Origin: an uncultured Thermoproteaceae archaeon
Lineage (GTDB): Archaea > Thermoproteota > Thermoprotei > Thermoproteales > Thermocladiaceae
Direction of reading: 5' to 3'
Length of the DNA stretch: 64,000 nt
NCBI GenBank assembly: GCA_964575955.1
Contig: CAZNTG010000006.1
Span: 224,001 to 288,000 of the forward strand
Shown one piece after another: positions 29,966 to 39,983 of the stretch; the stretch's first letter is position 1, and every line of letters starts with the position of its first letter. Under the pieces are notes generated by a model. That model did no database searches. It was not told the origin of the DNA and saw only the letters and a list, made by a program, of their open reading frames with translations. The position numbers and the translations under genes are program-made.

Positions 29966-31468
29966 TTATAACTCTAAAGCCCATCCAACTAGGTCTGACA
30001 CTCCCTTACACATTAATTGTCCAGGTATGTGATATTCTATAACTACTGGGAATTGTGCTTTATCGATAGAGCATGGTGTTGTCATTATTTGTGCACCTGT
30101 CTTCCAACAGTCATATACTGATGGCCATCCAGCCCATACTCTTAGTGGTATTACATCATCTCCAAGTAGTCCACTTCCAGCACCGCAGCATAGTGTTCTA
30201 TGTTTATTATGTTCTCTTTCTCTAAATTCTTTAGCAACAGCTCTTAGAATTATTCTAGGTTCTTCAATTAGGTCTCCGGCTCTAGCTAGATTACACGGAT
30301 CGTGATATGTCACAACGTAGTCTAACTTTCTAACTTTCAACTTACCCTTCTTTATAGCCCATGCAACTAGCTGTAGGAAGTGTATTGCCTTAATACCACG
30401 TTTCTCAAGTTCAGGAACTACATAATTCTTAAATGCTCTCCAACCATGACCACACTCTCCAAATATTACAAGTTCAGCACCTATCTTCACAGCTGTCTCC
30501 ACAATTCTATTACCCTGCTTCATTAGGTGGTAATCTGATACGAATAGTCCAAAGTTGCCGATTTCAAATACTTCTGATCTAAATGTATACTTATCCTGTA
30601 GTCCAAGTGCGTACATTACTTTTACAAAGCCTTTCAATGTGTCTATGTTTGTGAATACGTCCGTTGATGATGGTAGGAATAGTATCTTAGCTTTTGGTCT
30701 ATCTAGTGGAATCTTAATATCACGACCAGTCTCCTCCTTCAACTCCTCCTCAACCCAGTCAAATACTGCTTTAATGGCTTTTGGATTTAGGAACATTTGA
30801 TTGCCTGTTAACATTAGTGATCTCACAGTATTGCCAACAAACTCGTAAACCATACCCATCTCAGCAAATATTTGACGTACTGCTCTAGTAATTTCTGCAG
30901 TATCTATACCAAATGGGCAGAAGTATGCACATCTTCTACATTCAGTACATTGGTGGAAGTATATCCAAAGTTCTTCAAGTAGTTGTTCTGTAAGTTCTTT
31001 AGCATCTACAAGCTTACTAAATAGTCTACCTGTAAGCTTATCATAGTACTTGAATATTGATCTTATGAGATCTGCTCTACCTACAGGAGAGTTATGGTAA
31101 TCTCTTGTAGCCATCCACATGTGACATTTATCAATACAGTATCCACAGTGCGTACAATTCTCGAGATATAGTCTGAGTGCTCTATTGTTTCTTAACATCT
31201 CTCTAAACCTATTTATGAAGTATCTAATTCTCTCTTCAGGACTTAGCTTAAACCATAGATCTCTAGTCTTTACAAATCCTCCAGGTATGAACTCAGCTTC
31301 TCTTAAGAATTTTTCAACAACTAGCTTTCTAGCATTAATCCACTTGCTACTTTCAGGAAACTTCTCAGCATACCATTTCTTCCACTCTTCATACTTTGGA
31401 CTCTCTGGTATTGGATCTCTCTTTAATGATGGTATTGGTGGAGGAATCTTCTTCTCAGCCATACTCAC
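29966..31468 (-). CDS. dsrK: DsrK, HdrD-like Fe-S subunit
   Basis: CTHCGYCIDKC, CTECRRCAYFCPFGIDT, ECGHGWR, HDPCN, CCGAG, PCSIDK. Confidence 0.9.
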   Translation of the reverse strand: MSMAEKKIPPPIPSLKRDPIPESPKYEEWKKWYAEKFPESSKWINARKLVVEKFLREAEFIPGGFVKTRDLWFKLSPEERIRYFINRFREMLRNNRALRLYLENCTHCGYCIDKCHMWMATRDYHNSPVGRADLIRSIFKYYDKLTGRLFSKLVDAKELTEQLLEELWIYFHQCTECRRCAYFCPFGIDTAEITRAVRQIFAEMGMVYEFVGNTVRSLMLTGNQMFLNPKAIKAVFDWVEEELKEETGRDIKIPLDRPKAKILFLPSSTDVFTNIDTLKGFVKVMYALGLQDKYTFRSEVFEIGNFGLFVSDYHLMKQGNRIVETAVKIGAELVIFGECGHGWRAFKNYVVPELEKRGIKAIHFLQLVAWAIKKGKLKVRKLDYVVTYHDPCNLARAGDLIEEPRIILRAVAKEFREREHNKHRTLCCGAGSGLLGDDVIPLRVWAGWPSVYDCWKTGAQIMTTPCSIDKAQFPVVIEYHIPGQLMCKGVSDLVGWALEL

Positions 31469-31478
31469 TCACCTAATA

Positions 31479-32480
31479 TTATCTTCTACCCTCGACTATA
31501 TCTATTGCTAGGTTAAGTGCTGTATCTTTATGTTCAAACTTGCCGTAAAGTGCTGGATTGAATGGGAACATGAACATGTGTATCATCTTACTCCAAGGTA
31601 TGTATATTAGGAATAGCTCTGCAAAGAATACATGTACAAGTTCTAGTGGGTGATATATCATCTCTAGATACATTGCCTTAATAGCATGCATTATATGTCC
31701 AGTCATTAAACCTCTAAACCACTCACCAATAAGCATAAACATCACGCTACCATACTCTCTCATAAGCTCATAGACCTGGTGGATATAAGGTGCTAATGGT
31801 CCTGTACTGTAGTGAGATTTCACATATGCTAAAACTGCAGATTCTGTAAATGATGTTGGATATGCAGTTATCTTAGCCGCAAGTCCAAATCCAAGTATTA
31901 TGAGTAGCAGGAATATTAGAAGCCAATCATCTATATAGTTAATCTTAACCTTTGTATGTGCCTGTACATATGCTCTTCTTATAGCTAAGAATATTAGACA
32001 TATAAATGCTAATGCTCCAGCACCAAGACCAAGCCAATACTTCATACTTTCAGGAACATGGAAGTACATACCTACAGCATATGCAATATTATTACCGTGG
32101 AATAGTAGTGTAGACCATATACAATAGTGGAATAGTATTAGACCAAACCAAAAACCTACAGATCTATATCCATAATTCTCCTTCAGTAATGTGTAGAATG
32201 TGAACATTCTAACAAGTATCCAACCAAGAGCTTTCCAATAACTATGAACATTTGGATATAGTGTTAATCTGTATAGACCCCAGTAAAGTCCATTAGGACC
32301 TTTAGGTGTTGCAGCCCATCTAGCAAGTCTATATATTATACCAACTATAAGTACCGCAGTTGCAAAATATGCAAATGCTACATATAGTGCACATATGAAT
32401 ACTGCAGCTCCAAGAGGAACTTTAACACTCTCAACTATTTTCCAAGCAAGCTTCCAGTATATGCTGTATGTACTATCCAT
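31479..32480 (-). CDS. dsrM: DsrM, NarI-like membrane cytochrome b
   Basis: TM helices with heme-ligand His (LFHY...LFHG; VHV...SKMIH), directly upstream of dsrK. Confidence 0.85.
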   Translation of the reverse strand: MDSTYSIYWKLAWKIVESVKVPLGAAVFICALYVAFAYFATAVLIVGIIYRLARWAATPKGPNGLYWGLYRLTLYPNVHSYWKALGWILVRMFTFYTLLKENYGYRSVGFWFGLILFHYCIWSTLLFHGNNIAYAVGMYFHVPESMKYWLGLGAGALAFICLIFLAIRRAYVQAHTKVKINYIDDWLLIFLLLIILGFGLAAKITAYPTSFTESAVLAYVKSHYSTGPLAPYIHQVYELMREYGSVMFMLIGEWFRGLMTGHIMHAIKAMYLEMIYHPLELVHVFFAELFLIYIPWSKMIHMFMFPFNPALYGKFEHKDTALNLAIDIVEGRR

Positions 32481-32650
32481 ACTCTCAAACTGATAGAAAC
32501 TACTAGAATAATAAGTGTTAACTCTAGAAAAACATGAATAGAGAGTTGTAAGATTGAATGTTTTAAAAGTAATTTAGTTTAGAAAAGTAGTGTTTAACCT
32601 AGTTTATAGATTAGAATGTCAAGTTGAGAAGAATGTTTTAAACAGGTTGA

Positions 32651-33055
32651 TTAGACACATCCAGTTGGCTTTGGTGCTCCAGCTACCTTACATGCACCTT
32701 TTGCTGGTCCGTTTGGAAATAGTTCGTGAATTCTCTTTAGGTCTGTCTTAGTTTCTCTAACTAACATTCTTATTGGTGGACAAACTCCATATGTTACATA
32801 GTACTCATGTAGATACTTAACAATCTTCCAATGCTCATCGGTCATTCTCTCTCCATACTTCTCAAACATTGTGAATAGGAACTCTGCAACAAACTCATCC
32901 CATGCCTCTGGGTTCTGCAGGAATCTGTCTTCGTCAAGTATTATCTCCTTACCTGTTTTCTTAAGTCTAAGCTTTACCCATCCTGGTGGCAAGCTTGGGT
33001 CTTGTATAACCTCATATTCAAATTCTGGTGATGGAGGTTTTGGCAATTCTGCCAT
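32651..33055 (-). CDS. dsrC: DsrC sulfur carrier
   Basis: LDEDRFL, MTDEHW, CPPIRML, LFPNGPAKGACKVAGAPKPTGCV with both C-terminal Cys. Confidence 0.93.
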   Translation of the reverse strand: MAELPKPPSPEFEYEVIQDPSLPPGWVKLRLKKTGKEIILDEDRFLQNPEAWDEFVAEFLFTMFEKYGERMTDEHWKIVKYLHEYYVTYGVCPPIRMLVRETKTDLKRIHELFPNGPAKGACKVAGAPKPTGCV

Positions 33056-33072
33056 ACCTAATCTCCGTAATC

Positions 33073-33094
33073 AATAGATACATGAGTATCTATT
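33073..33094. promoter_or_regulatory. Palindromic operator candidate in the dsrC promoter
   Basis: AATAGATAC-atga-GTATCTATT perfect 9-bp inverted repeat about 18 nt upstream of dsrC ATG, overlapping a TATA-like CTTAATA. Confidence 0.5.
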
Positions 33095-33243
33095 AAGCTT
33101 TACCCTCTGTAACTTTATGAATAATTAATGAAGACTGTATGAAATTTTCAAATCTTGATGATATTTAAGTTTTCAAAGATTTGAGAATTATTAAAGTCTG
33201 TGAGAGATTTTTAAAATATTTATCGGAAAGTGTTGTTAAGGAG

Positions 33244-34644
33244 TTATGCAAGTCCTAAAGCTTTCTTTAGAGCTTCAACATATTTCCACTTCTGATCTCT
33301 TGGTATCATTGCGAATGGTATAGCATCTTTGTAGTATGGCTCTGGTGGTGGTTCTTTTCTAATTACTAGGTCAGGTGCTGGATGTTCTACAACTTCTTTA
33401 AGGAACTTCTCCCATGTGTTTCTAATTGATAAGTCTCCAACTCTCTCTCTAACGAATGCTGTATCTGCCCACTTTGCAACAATCTTCTTCTCGACAAGGT
33501 CTAGGAACCAGTTAATTACCTTCTTCTCATTCTCTGGTGTTACTCTTATGAATGGTATTAATACTGAGCCCATCTTTGGACCAACTCTACTCTTAATTGT
33601 TCCACCTATGAGTATTGTTACACCTCTAATTCTTCCAGGTAGTATTGCTGGGTTTGCTCTAATTATACAGTTCATACACTTTACACACTTTCTACCATCA
33701 CACTTCAATTCTAGTGATTGTTCATCCCATGTTAATGCTCCTGTTGGACATGATTCAACAATCTCTTTTGGATCTACCTCTCCTGTCTTAACCATCTTTC
33801 TAAACTCTTCCTGATCTATCTCAGGTGCTCCAAGCCATGTACCAATAACTATGTAGTCTGCACCTACTAAAGCCTTTATACAGTCTAGTGGACATCCCGA
33901 TAGTTTGAACTTTATCTTATATGGGAATTGTGGATATGTTTCCCAGTCTGGGAATCTCCTACCAATCTCACCCCACCATAGTATTGTATCATAACATGCG
34001 AATGGACAGGTTGCTGGTCCTGGACAGCATGTCCACATTCTAAGTACGTCTCCTGAACCTCCAACATCTGTTGGTGTTAGTAGTCTAATAGCCATTACTA
34101 GTCTCTCAACCTTTGCTTGGTCACTCATTATGATTGGCATTGCACCTGTACCACCTCTAAGCTGGAATATGCCCCATCCAAACTTGTCAGTTATCTCACA
34201 TATAGTTCTCATTAAGCTTGTAGACATTATACCTGCTGGTGGTGAGAGTACTCTAGCATGTACCTCATAGACCTTACCTGCATATAGTATACCCCACTCC
34301 TCATACTTCTTATACTCCTCAGGTGCTCCCTCTCTAATTATATGCTCAACAGTTGCGTGGAATACTCTACCTAGAAGTCCACAGTATACTCCAGGTACTG
34401 GAGATGCACCAGTATCCCATGGAGATCTACCAATAGCTACACCAATAGCCCATGCAAGTACTGGATAGAGAGACTTCTCAGCCTCCTTAACAAATGATGG
34501 CCATGGGCCCTTCTTCATCTCCTCAATAATCTGTCTAGCCTTCTCAACAGCCTTCTTAGGATCTTTCATCTCAGGCCATACCTCTTCAGGTGATGGTGCT
34601 GATCCTGTTGGATATCCAAACCTTGATTGAACCTTCCAAGACAT
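33244..34644 (-). CDS. dsrA: Dissimilatory sulfite reductase alpha subunit
   Basis: GPWPSFV, GGSG, CPGPATCPFACYDT, FPYKIKFKLSGCPLDC, CPT...CVKCMNCI, ERVGD. Confidence 0.9.
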   Translation of the reverse strand: MSWKVQSRFGYPTGSAPSPEEVWPEMKDPKKAVEKARQIIEEMKKGPWPSFVKEAEKSLYPVLAWAIGVAIGRSPWDTGASPVPGVYCGLLGRVFHATVEHIIREGAPEEYKKYEEWGILYAGKVYEVHARVLSPPAGIMSTSLMRTICEITDKFGWGIFQLRGGTGAMPIIMSDQAKVERLVMAIRLLTPTDVGGSGDVLRMWTCCPGPATCPFACYDTILWWGEIGRRFPDWETYPQFPYKIKFKLSGCPLDCIKALVGADYIVIGTWLGAPEIDQEEFRKMVKTGEVDPKEIVESCPTGALTWDEQSLELKCDGRKCVKCMNCIIRANPAILPGRIRGVTILIGGTIKSRVGPKMGSVLIPFIRVTPENEKKVINWFLDLVEKKIVAKWADTAFVRERVGDLSIRNTWEKFLKEVVEHPAPDLVIRKEPPPEPYYKDAIPFAMIPRDQKWKYVEALKKALGLA

Positions 34645-34668
34645 CTTAGTTATCAACTATTACCAATG

Positions 34669-34719
34669 CATTTATAAATAGCTATTCTACATCAGTTGTG
34701 AAATAGCTATTTATAAATG
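34669..34719. promoter_or_regulatory. Mirror-image bidirectional promoter driving dsrA and dsrB
   Basis: Perfect 18-bp inverted repeat CATTTATAAATAGCTATT-N15-AATAGCTATTTATAAATG; each arm has TTTATAAA 23-26 nt before a start codon. Confidence 0.8.
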
Positions 34720-34740
34720 GATAACTTTAGGGTAAATTCA

Positions 34741-35991
34741 ATGACAACAACAGTGCAGTCAATACTTGACTGGCTTGCAACAGCACCACTAGACGAGCTT
34801 AGAAAACATCCACTACACCCTCAGAATAGACCAGAAAAACTTTGGAGATATTATCCACCACACTCATGGTTACCACCAATATGTTTGAGAAACTATGGTA
34901 AGTGGATTAAGAGAAGGATTATAGATCCAGGAATTATAGAAGTAACATCTAAGACAGGTGAAAAGCTATACCTTGTCAAGATTATCCTACCTGTAAGAGT
35001 TAGTACAAAGACAATGTACGAACTTCTAGATCTAGCAGATAAGTATGGTATTGGATGGATAGAAGCATCAAAGATGGGTAACCTAATAATAATGTGTGAT
35101 AGTGAGGAAAATGCAAGAGCATTAGCAAAAGAGTTGAGAGAGAAGGGATATCTAGTAGGTGGCTGGGGTAACAGACTCTGGAACATTAAGATATGTTCAA
35201 CATATATCACATGTACAACAGCAGTAATTGATGCTGTAACAGTAGAGAAAGCACTTGGAGATGTATTGATGGAATATACACAGAAAGAATTACCAGCAAA
35301 ACTCACAATTAAAGTATCAGCATGTCCAAATGCTTGTGGTGGAGGATTCGACGCTGCTGACATAGGAATTGTAGGATATCCAGCAAGTGTACCAATGATG
35401 GAAGGTTGGAGAATTAGAGTACTATGCCCACCAAGATCACTACTAGAAGCATGTCCAGTAGGAGACATAAAGATGCTTAAAGATGAGAAAGGAAGACCAA
35501 TAGGAGCAGAGATAAGAGGACAGACATGTATGGCATGTGGAAGATGTCACGACTTCTGTGACGCAATAATATACGATCCAAATGAGATTGGAGTGATGGT
35601 AATGGTTGGTGGTAAATGCGCAAACACAGGAGTAGGACCAGGAATGTCTAGAGTACTAGTACCATTCGTACCAGCAGAACCACCAAGATGGCCAACACTA
35701 GTAGCAGTAATTAAGAGAGTAGTAGATGTATGGGTATCAAATGCAAAGAAGGGTGAAAGACTAAGAGACTTCATAACGAGGATAGGATGGGACAAGTTTG
35801 TAGAATTAACAGGACTACCAAAACCAGAAGACTACATAAAGCCACTAGATAAAGCACCAGGATGGACAAGATATGGATGGCAACCACTATACCTCAGAAG
35901 AACAGATGAAAACAAGAGATACATTGGAACTAGAATTGATAATGATATGATGGCTATAAGTGCAGCACTATTCGAAGACATAATTAAGTAA
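34741..35991 (+). CDS. dsrB: Dissimilatory sulfite reductase beta subunit
   Basis: LPPICLRNYGKW, VGGWG, CSTYITCTT, LPAK, ACPNACGG, CMACGRC, VGGK, EPPRWP, ERLRDFITRIGW. Confidence 0.9.
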   Translation: MTTTVQSILDWLATAPLDELRKHPLHPQNRPEKLWRYYPPHSWLPPICLRNYGKWIKRRIIDPGIIEVTSKTGEKLYLVKIILPVRVSTKTMYELLDLADKYGIGWIEASKMGNLIIMCDSEENARALAKELREKGYLVGGWGNRLWNIKICSTYITCTTAVIDAVTVEKALGDVLMEYTQKELPAKLTIKVSACPNACGGGFDAADIGIVGYPASVPMMEGWRIRVLCPPRSLLEACPVGDIKMLKDEKGRPIGAEIRGQTCMACGRCHDFCDAIIYDPNEIGVMVMVGGKCANTGVGPGMSRVLVPFVPAEPPRWPTLVAVIKRVVDVWVSNAKKGERLRDFITRIGWDKFVELTGLPKPEDYIKPLDKAPGWTRYGWQPLYLRRTDENKRYIGTRIDNDMMAISAALFEDIIK

Positions 35992-36004
35992 GATCTAGAT
36001 ATAA

Positions 36005-36763
36005 CTATAATTCACAAATCTCAATATTTCTATCTCTAAACTTCTTAATTCTATACTTAATCTCTTCAATAGTATTTGTACAGAGATCCATAACATCAAT
36101 CTCATCCTTACCATTATACAGAAGTATCACAGCTTTAGACTTACTACCAGCAATAATTGAAAGCATTCTCAATGTAAATATTACAAAGAAATCATTAAAA
36201 GACTTTATGATAAGTCTCTCACAGTTTTTAACAATTTCAGGATCAACACCTAAAATTTTTGATATAAGTTCTACAAGTGATCTACTGTGTACAGTGTCTG
36301 CAAGTAGGTAGTACATCAGTGGTGTAAATATGTACTTTGCGGTATTTCTAAACTCATCAATATTATCAAGTTGTGATATCGTTATTCCAATTCTTTTTAA
36401 ACTCCTCGCAAACACTATCAGGTATGAGCATAATTCTTCGAATTTAGAATCTACTCTCCATATAAGCTTAATCTTATTTATAAGATATGGTGAATCTTCA
36501 ACATTTTGAGCAATACATTGAAGAAGTCCTTTAACGGTAATTCTGTGAGTATGTAGTGAATCTGACTTTAGAAAACCTAGATCGAGAAGTTTCTTAGCTT
36601 TCTTATAGGTAGTGCTAACTGCAAATCCTGCAAGCATAGAAGCTTTATATAGAGAAATACTACCATAGTAAGAATATACTCGCAAGATTGATAATTCTAT
36701 ATCATCAAGATGTCTATCAATAACTTCTGAAAGTCTTGTTACTAGCTCTTGTAGAATATCCAT
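36005..36763 (-). CDS. Winged-HTH putative transcriptional regulator in dsr cluster
   Basis: SLYKASMLAGFAVSTTYKKAKKLLDLGFL HTH followed by RITVKG wing. Confidence 0.65.
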   Translation of the reverse strand: MDILQELVTRLSEVIDRHLDDIELSILRVYSYYGSISLYKASMLAGFAVSTTYKKAKKLLDLGFLKSDSLHTHRITVKGLLQCIAQNVEDSPYLINKIKLIWRVDSKFEELCSYLIVFARSLKRIGITISQLDNIDEFRNTAKYIFTPLMYYLLADTVHSRSLVELISKILGVDPEIVKNCERLIIKSFNDFFVIFTLRMLSIIAGSKSKAVILLYNGKDEIDVMDLCTNTIEEIKYRIKKFRDRNIEICEL

Positions 36764-36788
36764 ACAATTATATACTTTATTAAGAGAC

Positions 36789-38198
36789 TTAATTTGATGA
36801 CCCTAGCAACTTGACATTAACAATATAATTAACTATGTGATAAATATGATTGTAAGAGCTAGGATGTATATGAGTATACTGTGCATATGTGTTATATTTT
36901 AGAAGTCCATCTCTACCATCACCAATACCCCTACCTCTATACAACTTTAAACAAATTTTAACATCTCTATCCTTTAGATATATCTTACTATGATGAAATT
37001 CGTGACCTCTAAATATCTTACCAGGAGAGCCTATTGGAATTCTATCAACAATTTCGGCAAGAACATAACCATGACCAACAGGTCTATTAAGCATGTATGT
37101 ACATGCTTCAAATATCTTACACATATCATAACAATCACCACCATACACAATGCAGTCTGTTAAAAACATTAGACCACCACATTCAGCATATATAAAACCA
37201 CCTTTCTCATAAAATTTATACACACTTTTCAAAAATGGTTTATTAGAACTTATATACTCAGCCCAAACTTCAGGAAAACCACCACCTATAACTAGAAGGT
37301 CTACGTCTGTAGGTATTGATGTATTTTCCATAGAGTCTAAAATATACATCTTATTTGAATAGTTTATACAAAGTTCGATAACTTCAGGATAGTAAAATGT
37401 GAATGATTTATCAATTATAATACCAATATTTATCTTCCTTAAAACATTTTCAAAAATCTCAAATTCTCCAATACATCTTAATGTCTCTGCTTCTCTAGCT
37501 ATCTTAACTATCTTATCAATATCTATGAAATCTATAACTTTTTTCAAACTATCATATATTAGATCTCTAGTACCACTTTCAAGTGTTGGTACTAGTCCTA
37601 GATGTCTATACTTGAATAATTCTTCTAACTTACTACTCTTAGGTATGTATCCCAGTATTTCAATATCTTTGAAACTTTTCTCAATTATCTTCTCAATTTT
37701 TCTATATTGAGATTCTTTTACGATATTTGTAATTACTACACCTCTAATATTCATCTTTCCATAATCTTTAAAACCTTTAACTATTGCTGCTATTGATTTA
37801 TTTATTCTTTCTGAGTCTATTACAAGTATTATTGGTGTTTTTAATATTCTTGCTATAATTTCTGTTTCTCCAATCTGTGTTTCTATGTCAGGACTATCAT
37901 ATATTCCAAATACACCTTCTATTAATGCTATATCACTATCTTTTGAATATGTTATAAATCTATTAATAATTTTTTGTGGATTTTGAAGATATGGATCTAA
38001 ATTTCTACACGGTCTTGATGTTATTGTTGAGTGGTATGTTGGATCTATGAAATCTGGACCAATTTTAAATGTCTGTACTTTCAATCCGTACTTCGATATT
38101 AATGCTAGTGCTATTGTTAATGTTGTAATTGTCTTACCTGTCTTACCTCTAGGTGCTGTGATTAGTAGTCTAGGAATGTCTACATCAAGTAGTTTCAT
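36789..38198 (-). CDS. Cobyrinate a,c-diamide synthase homolog (CbiA/CobB; by context DsrN siroheme amidase)
   Basis: GKTGKT, FKIGPDFIDP, IEGVFG, RHLGL, GGGFPE, YAECGG, GHEFH, YTHIH. Confidence 0.85.
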   Translation of the reverse strand: MKLLDVDIPRLLITAPRGKTGKTITTLTIALALISKYGLKVQTFKIGPDFIDPTYHSTITSRPCRNLDPYLQNPQKIINRFITYSKDSDIALIEGVFGIYDSPDIETQIGETEIIARILKTPIILVIDSERINKSIAAIVKGFKDYGKMNIRGVVITNIVKESQYRKIEKIIEKSFKDIEILGYIPKSSKLEELFKYRHLGLVPTLESGTRDLIYDSLKKVIDFIDIDKIVKIAREAETLRCIGEFEIFENVLRKINIGIIIDKSFTFYYPEVIELCINYSNKMYILDSMENTSIPTDVDLLVIGGGFPEVWAEYISSNKPFLKSVYKFYEKGGFIYAECGGLMFLTDCIVYGGDCYDMCKIFEACTYMLNRPVGHGYVLAEIVDRIPIGSPGKIFRGHEFHHSKIYLKDRDVKICLKLYRGRGIGDGRDGLLKYNTYAQYTHIHPSSYNHIYHIVNYIVNVKLLGSSN

Positions 38199-38239
38199 AT
38201 ATTGTTAATGTTTGGAGAAGTTTAAATAGGAGTATTGTC

Positions 38240-38833
38240 TTGACGGTTAGAAAGATGAGTGAGGTTATTCATTGGCCTGGTAGAAATCCACCACAGGTAG
38301 ATGAGGTAGTTGTTGATGCATCAGGATGTGTAGCTGGTAGATTAGCATCTGTCGTAGCTAAGCTAGCTTTAGAAGGTAGGAGAGTTGTCGTTGTTAATGC
38401 TGAGAAGGCTATAATTACAGGAGATTTCAACATGATATTAAACTGGTATAAGAAGAAGATTACTGAATGGAGAACTCACTACAATCCTGAGAAGGTTGGT
38501 CCTAAGATTCCTAGAAGACCTGATAGAATACTTAAGAGAATTATTCGTGGTATGCTTCCTAGGAAGTATTGGAGAGGTAGGAAAGCATTGAAGAGAATTA
38601 GAGTATATATGGGTATTCCACCAGACTACATCAATAAGCCTAGGATAGTGTTTGAAGAGACTGTCTATAGACCAAGACCTGGTGCTAAGTATGTAACACT
38701 TGAAGAAATTTGGAAACATTTAGAACCTCATAAGTGGGAGATGTGGAAGAAGGCTCAAGAAGTTTGGGAGAGATGGTTAAAGTATAAGTTAGAGAAGCAG
38801 AAAGCTAGTAAGGTAGAGTCACAATCTCGGTAA
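38240..38833 (+). CDS. rpl13: 50S ribosomal protein uL13
   Basis: VDASGCVAGRLAS, VNAEKA, PRRPDRILKRIIRGMLP. Confidence 0.95.
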   Translation: MTVRKMSEVIHWPGRNPPQVDEVVVDASGCVAGRLASVVAKLALEGRRVVVVNAEKAIITGDFNMILNWYKKKITEWRTHYNPEKVGPKIPRRPDRILKRIIRGMLPRKYWRGRKALKRIRVYMGIPPDYINKPRIVFEETVYRPRPGAKYVTLEEIWKHLEPHKWEMWKKAQEVWERWLKYKLEKQKASKVESQSR

Positions 38834-38871
38834 AAGCTTTTAAAATTCTTCAAAAATAGTAACAGACCATA

Positions 38872-39348
38872 ATGTCTACTGAACAGGAAGTTGTTAAGAA
38901 ACTTCCAAGAGAGATTCCTGGAGTTGAAGTTAGAGTTGAGAAGGAGTATAAGGTAGTTATTTCTGTAGGTAAGAAGAAGACTGCAATAGCTAGAGCAATA
39001 ATAAGACCTGGAATTGGACGTGTAAAGATTAATGGTGTACCTGTAGAGATTTGGCCTATAGAGATGGCTAGATTGAAAATGATGGAACCACTAATACTTG
39101 CAGGTAGGAATTTAGTATCTAAAGTTGATATTGATGTAAATGTTAGAGGTGGAGGTGTGATGGGACAAGCATCTGCTGTTAGAATGGCCATAGCTAGAGG
39201 TCTTGTAGCATATTTTGAAAGCCCTGAACTTCTAGAACTATACATGAAGTATGACCCATCAATGATTAAGGGTGATCCAAGAAGAACAGAACCTAAGAAG
39301 CCAGGTATTAAACATGCAAGATCTAAAAGACAGAAGGCATATAGATAA
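38872..39348 (+). CDS. rps9: 30S ribosomal protein uS9
   Basis: GKKKTAIARA, GGGVMGQA, DPRRTEPKK, ARSKRQKAYR. Confidence 0.97.
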   Translation: MSTEQEVVKKLPREIPGVEVRVEKEYKVVISVGKKKTAIARAIIRPGIGRVKINGVPVEIWPIEMARLKMMEPLILAGRNLVSKVDIDVNVRGGGVMGQASAVRMAIARGLVAYFESPELLELYMKYDPSMIKGDPRRTEPKKPGIKHARSKRQKAYR

Positions 39349-39395
39349 AAGAGACAACATTTATAACCACAATAACATAGTGGTAGTGACTCGAT

Positions 39396-39983
39396 ATGGG
39401 TGATCCTAAGAAGCCTAGAAAGAAGTGGATTGAAGGTAAACCAATGAAACTATGGAATAAGCAGCTACTAATGGAGGAACTTCAACTAGTAGGTGAGTAT
39501 GGTCTTAGAAATAAGAGAGAACTATGGTTAGCAATGACAATATTGAAGAAGATTAAGAGACGTGCAAGAAACATGCTAGCAATGCCACCTGAAGAGAGAG
39601 CTAAAGTTGAAGGTGAGTTTAAGATGAAACTATACAAGATGGGATATATACCAGATCCAGACGTACCACTAGACTACATACTAGGACTAGATGTACGTGC
39701 AATACTAGAGAGAAGACTACAAACGTTAGTATATAGGAAAGGACTTGCAAGAAGTATACATGAGGCAAGACAACTAATAGTACATAGACACATAGCAGTA
39801 GATGGCAGAGTAGTAAACGCACCAGGATTTTTAGTACCTAGAGATTTAGAAGATAAGATAAGCTATGCACCAACAAGCCCATACTATTGGAGATTTATAA
39901 AAGGAGAACCAGTATTCGGACCAGGACAACCAGCACCAATACAGGTACAATTAGGAATTTTAAAAACAGAACTAACAACCTAA
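39396..39983 (+). CDS. rps4: 30S ribosomal protein uS4
   Basis: MGDPKKPRKKW, YGLRNKRELW, LERRLQT, ARQLIVHRHI. Confidence 0.97.
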   Translation: MGDPKKPRKKWIEGKPMKLWNKQLLMEELQLVGEYGLRNKRELWLAMTILKKIKRRARNMLAMPPEERAKVEGEFKMKLYKMGYIPDPDVPLDYILGLDVRAILERRLQTLVYRKGLARSIHEARQLIVHRHIAVDGRVVNAPGFLVPRDLEDKISYAPTSPYYWRFIKGEPVFGPGQPAPIQVQLGILKTELTT

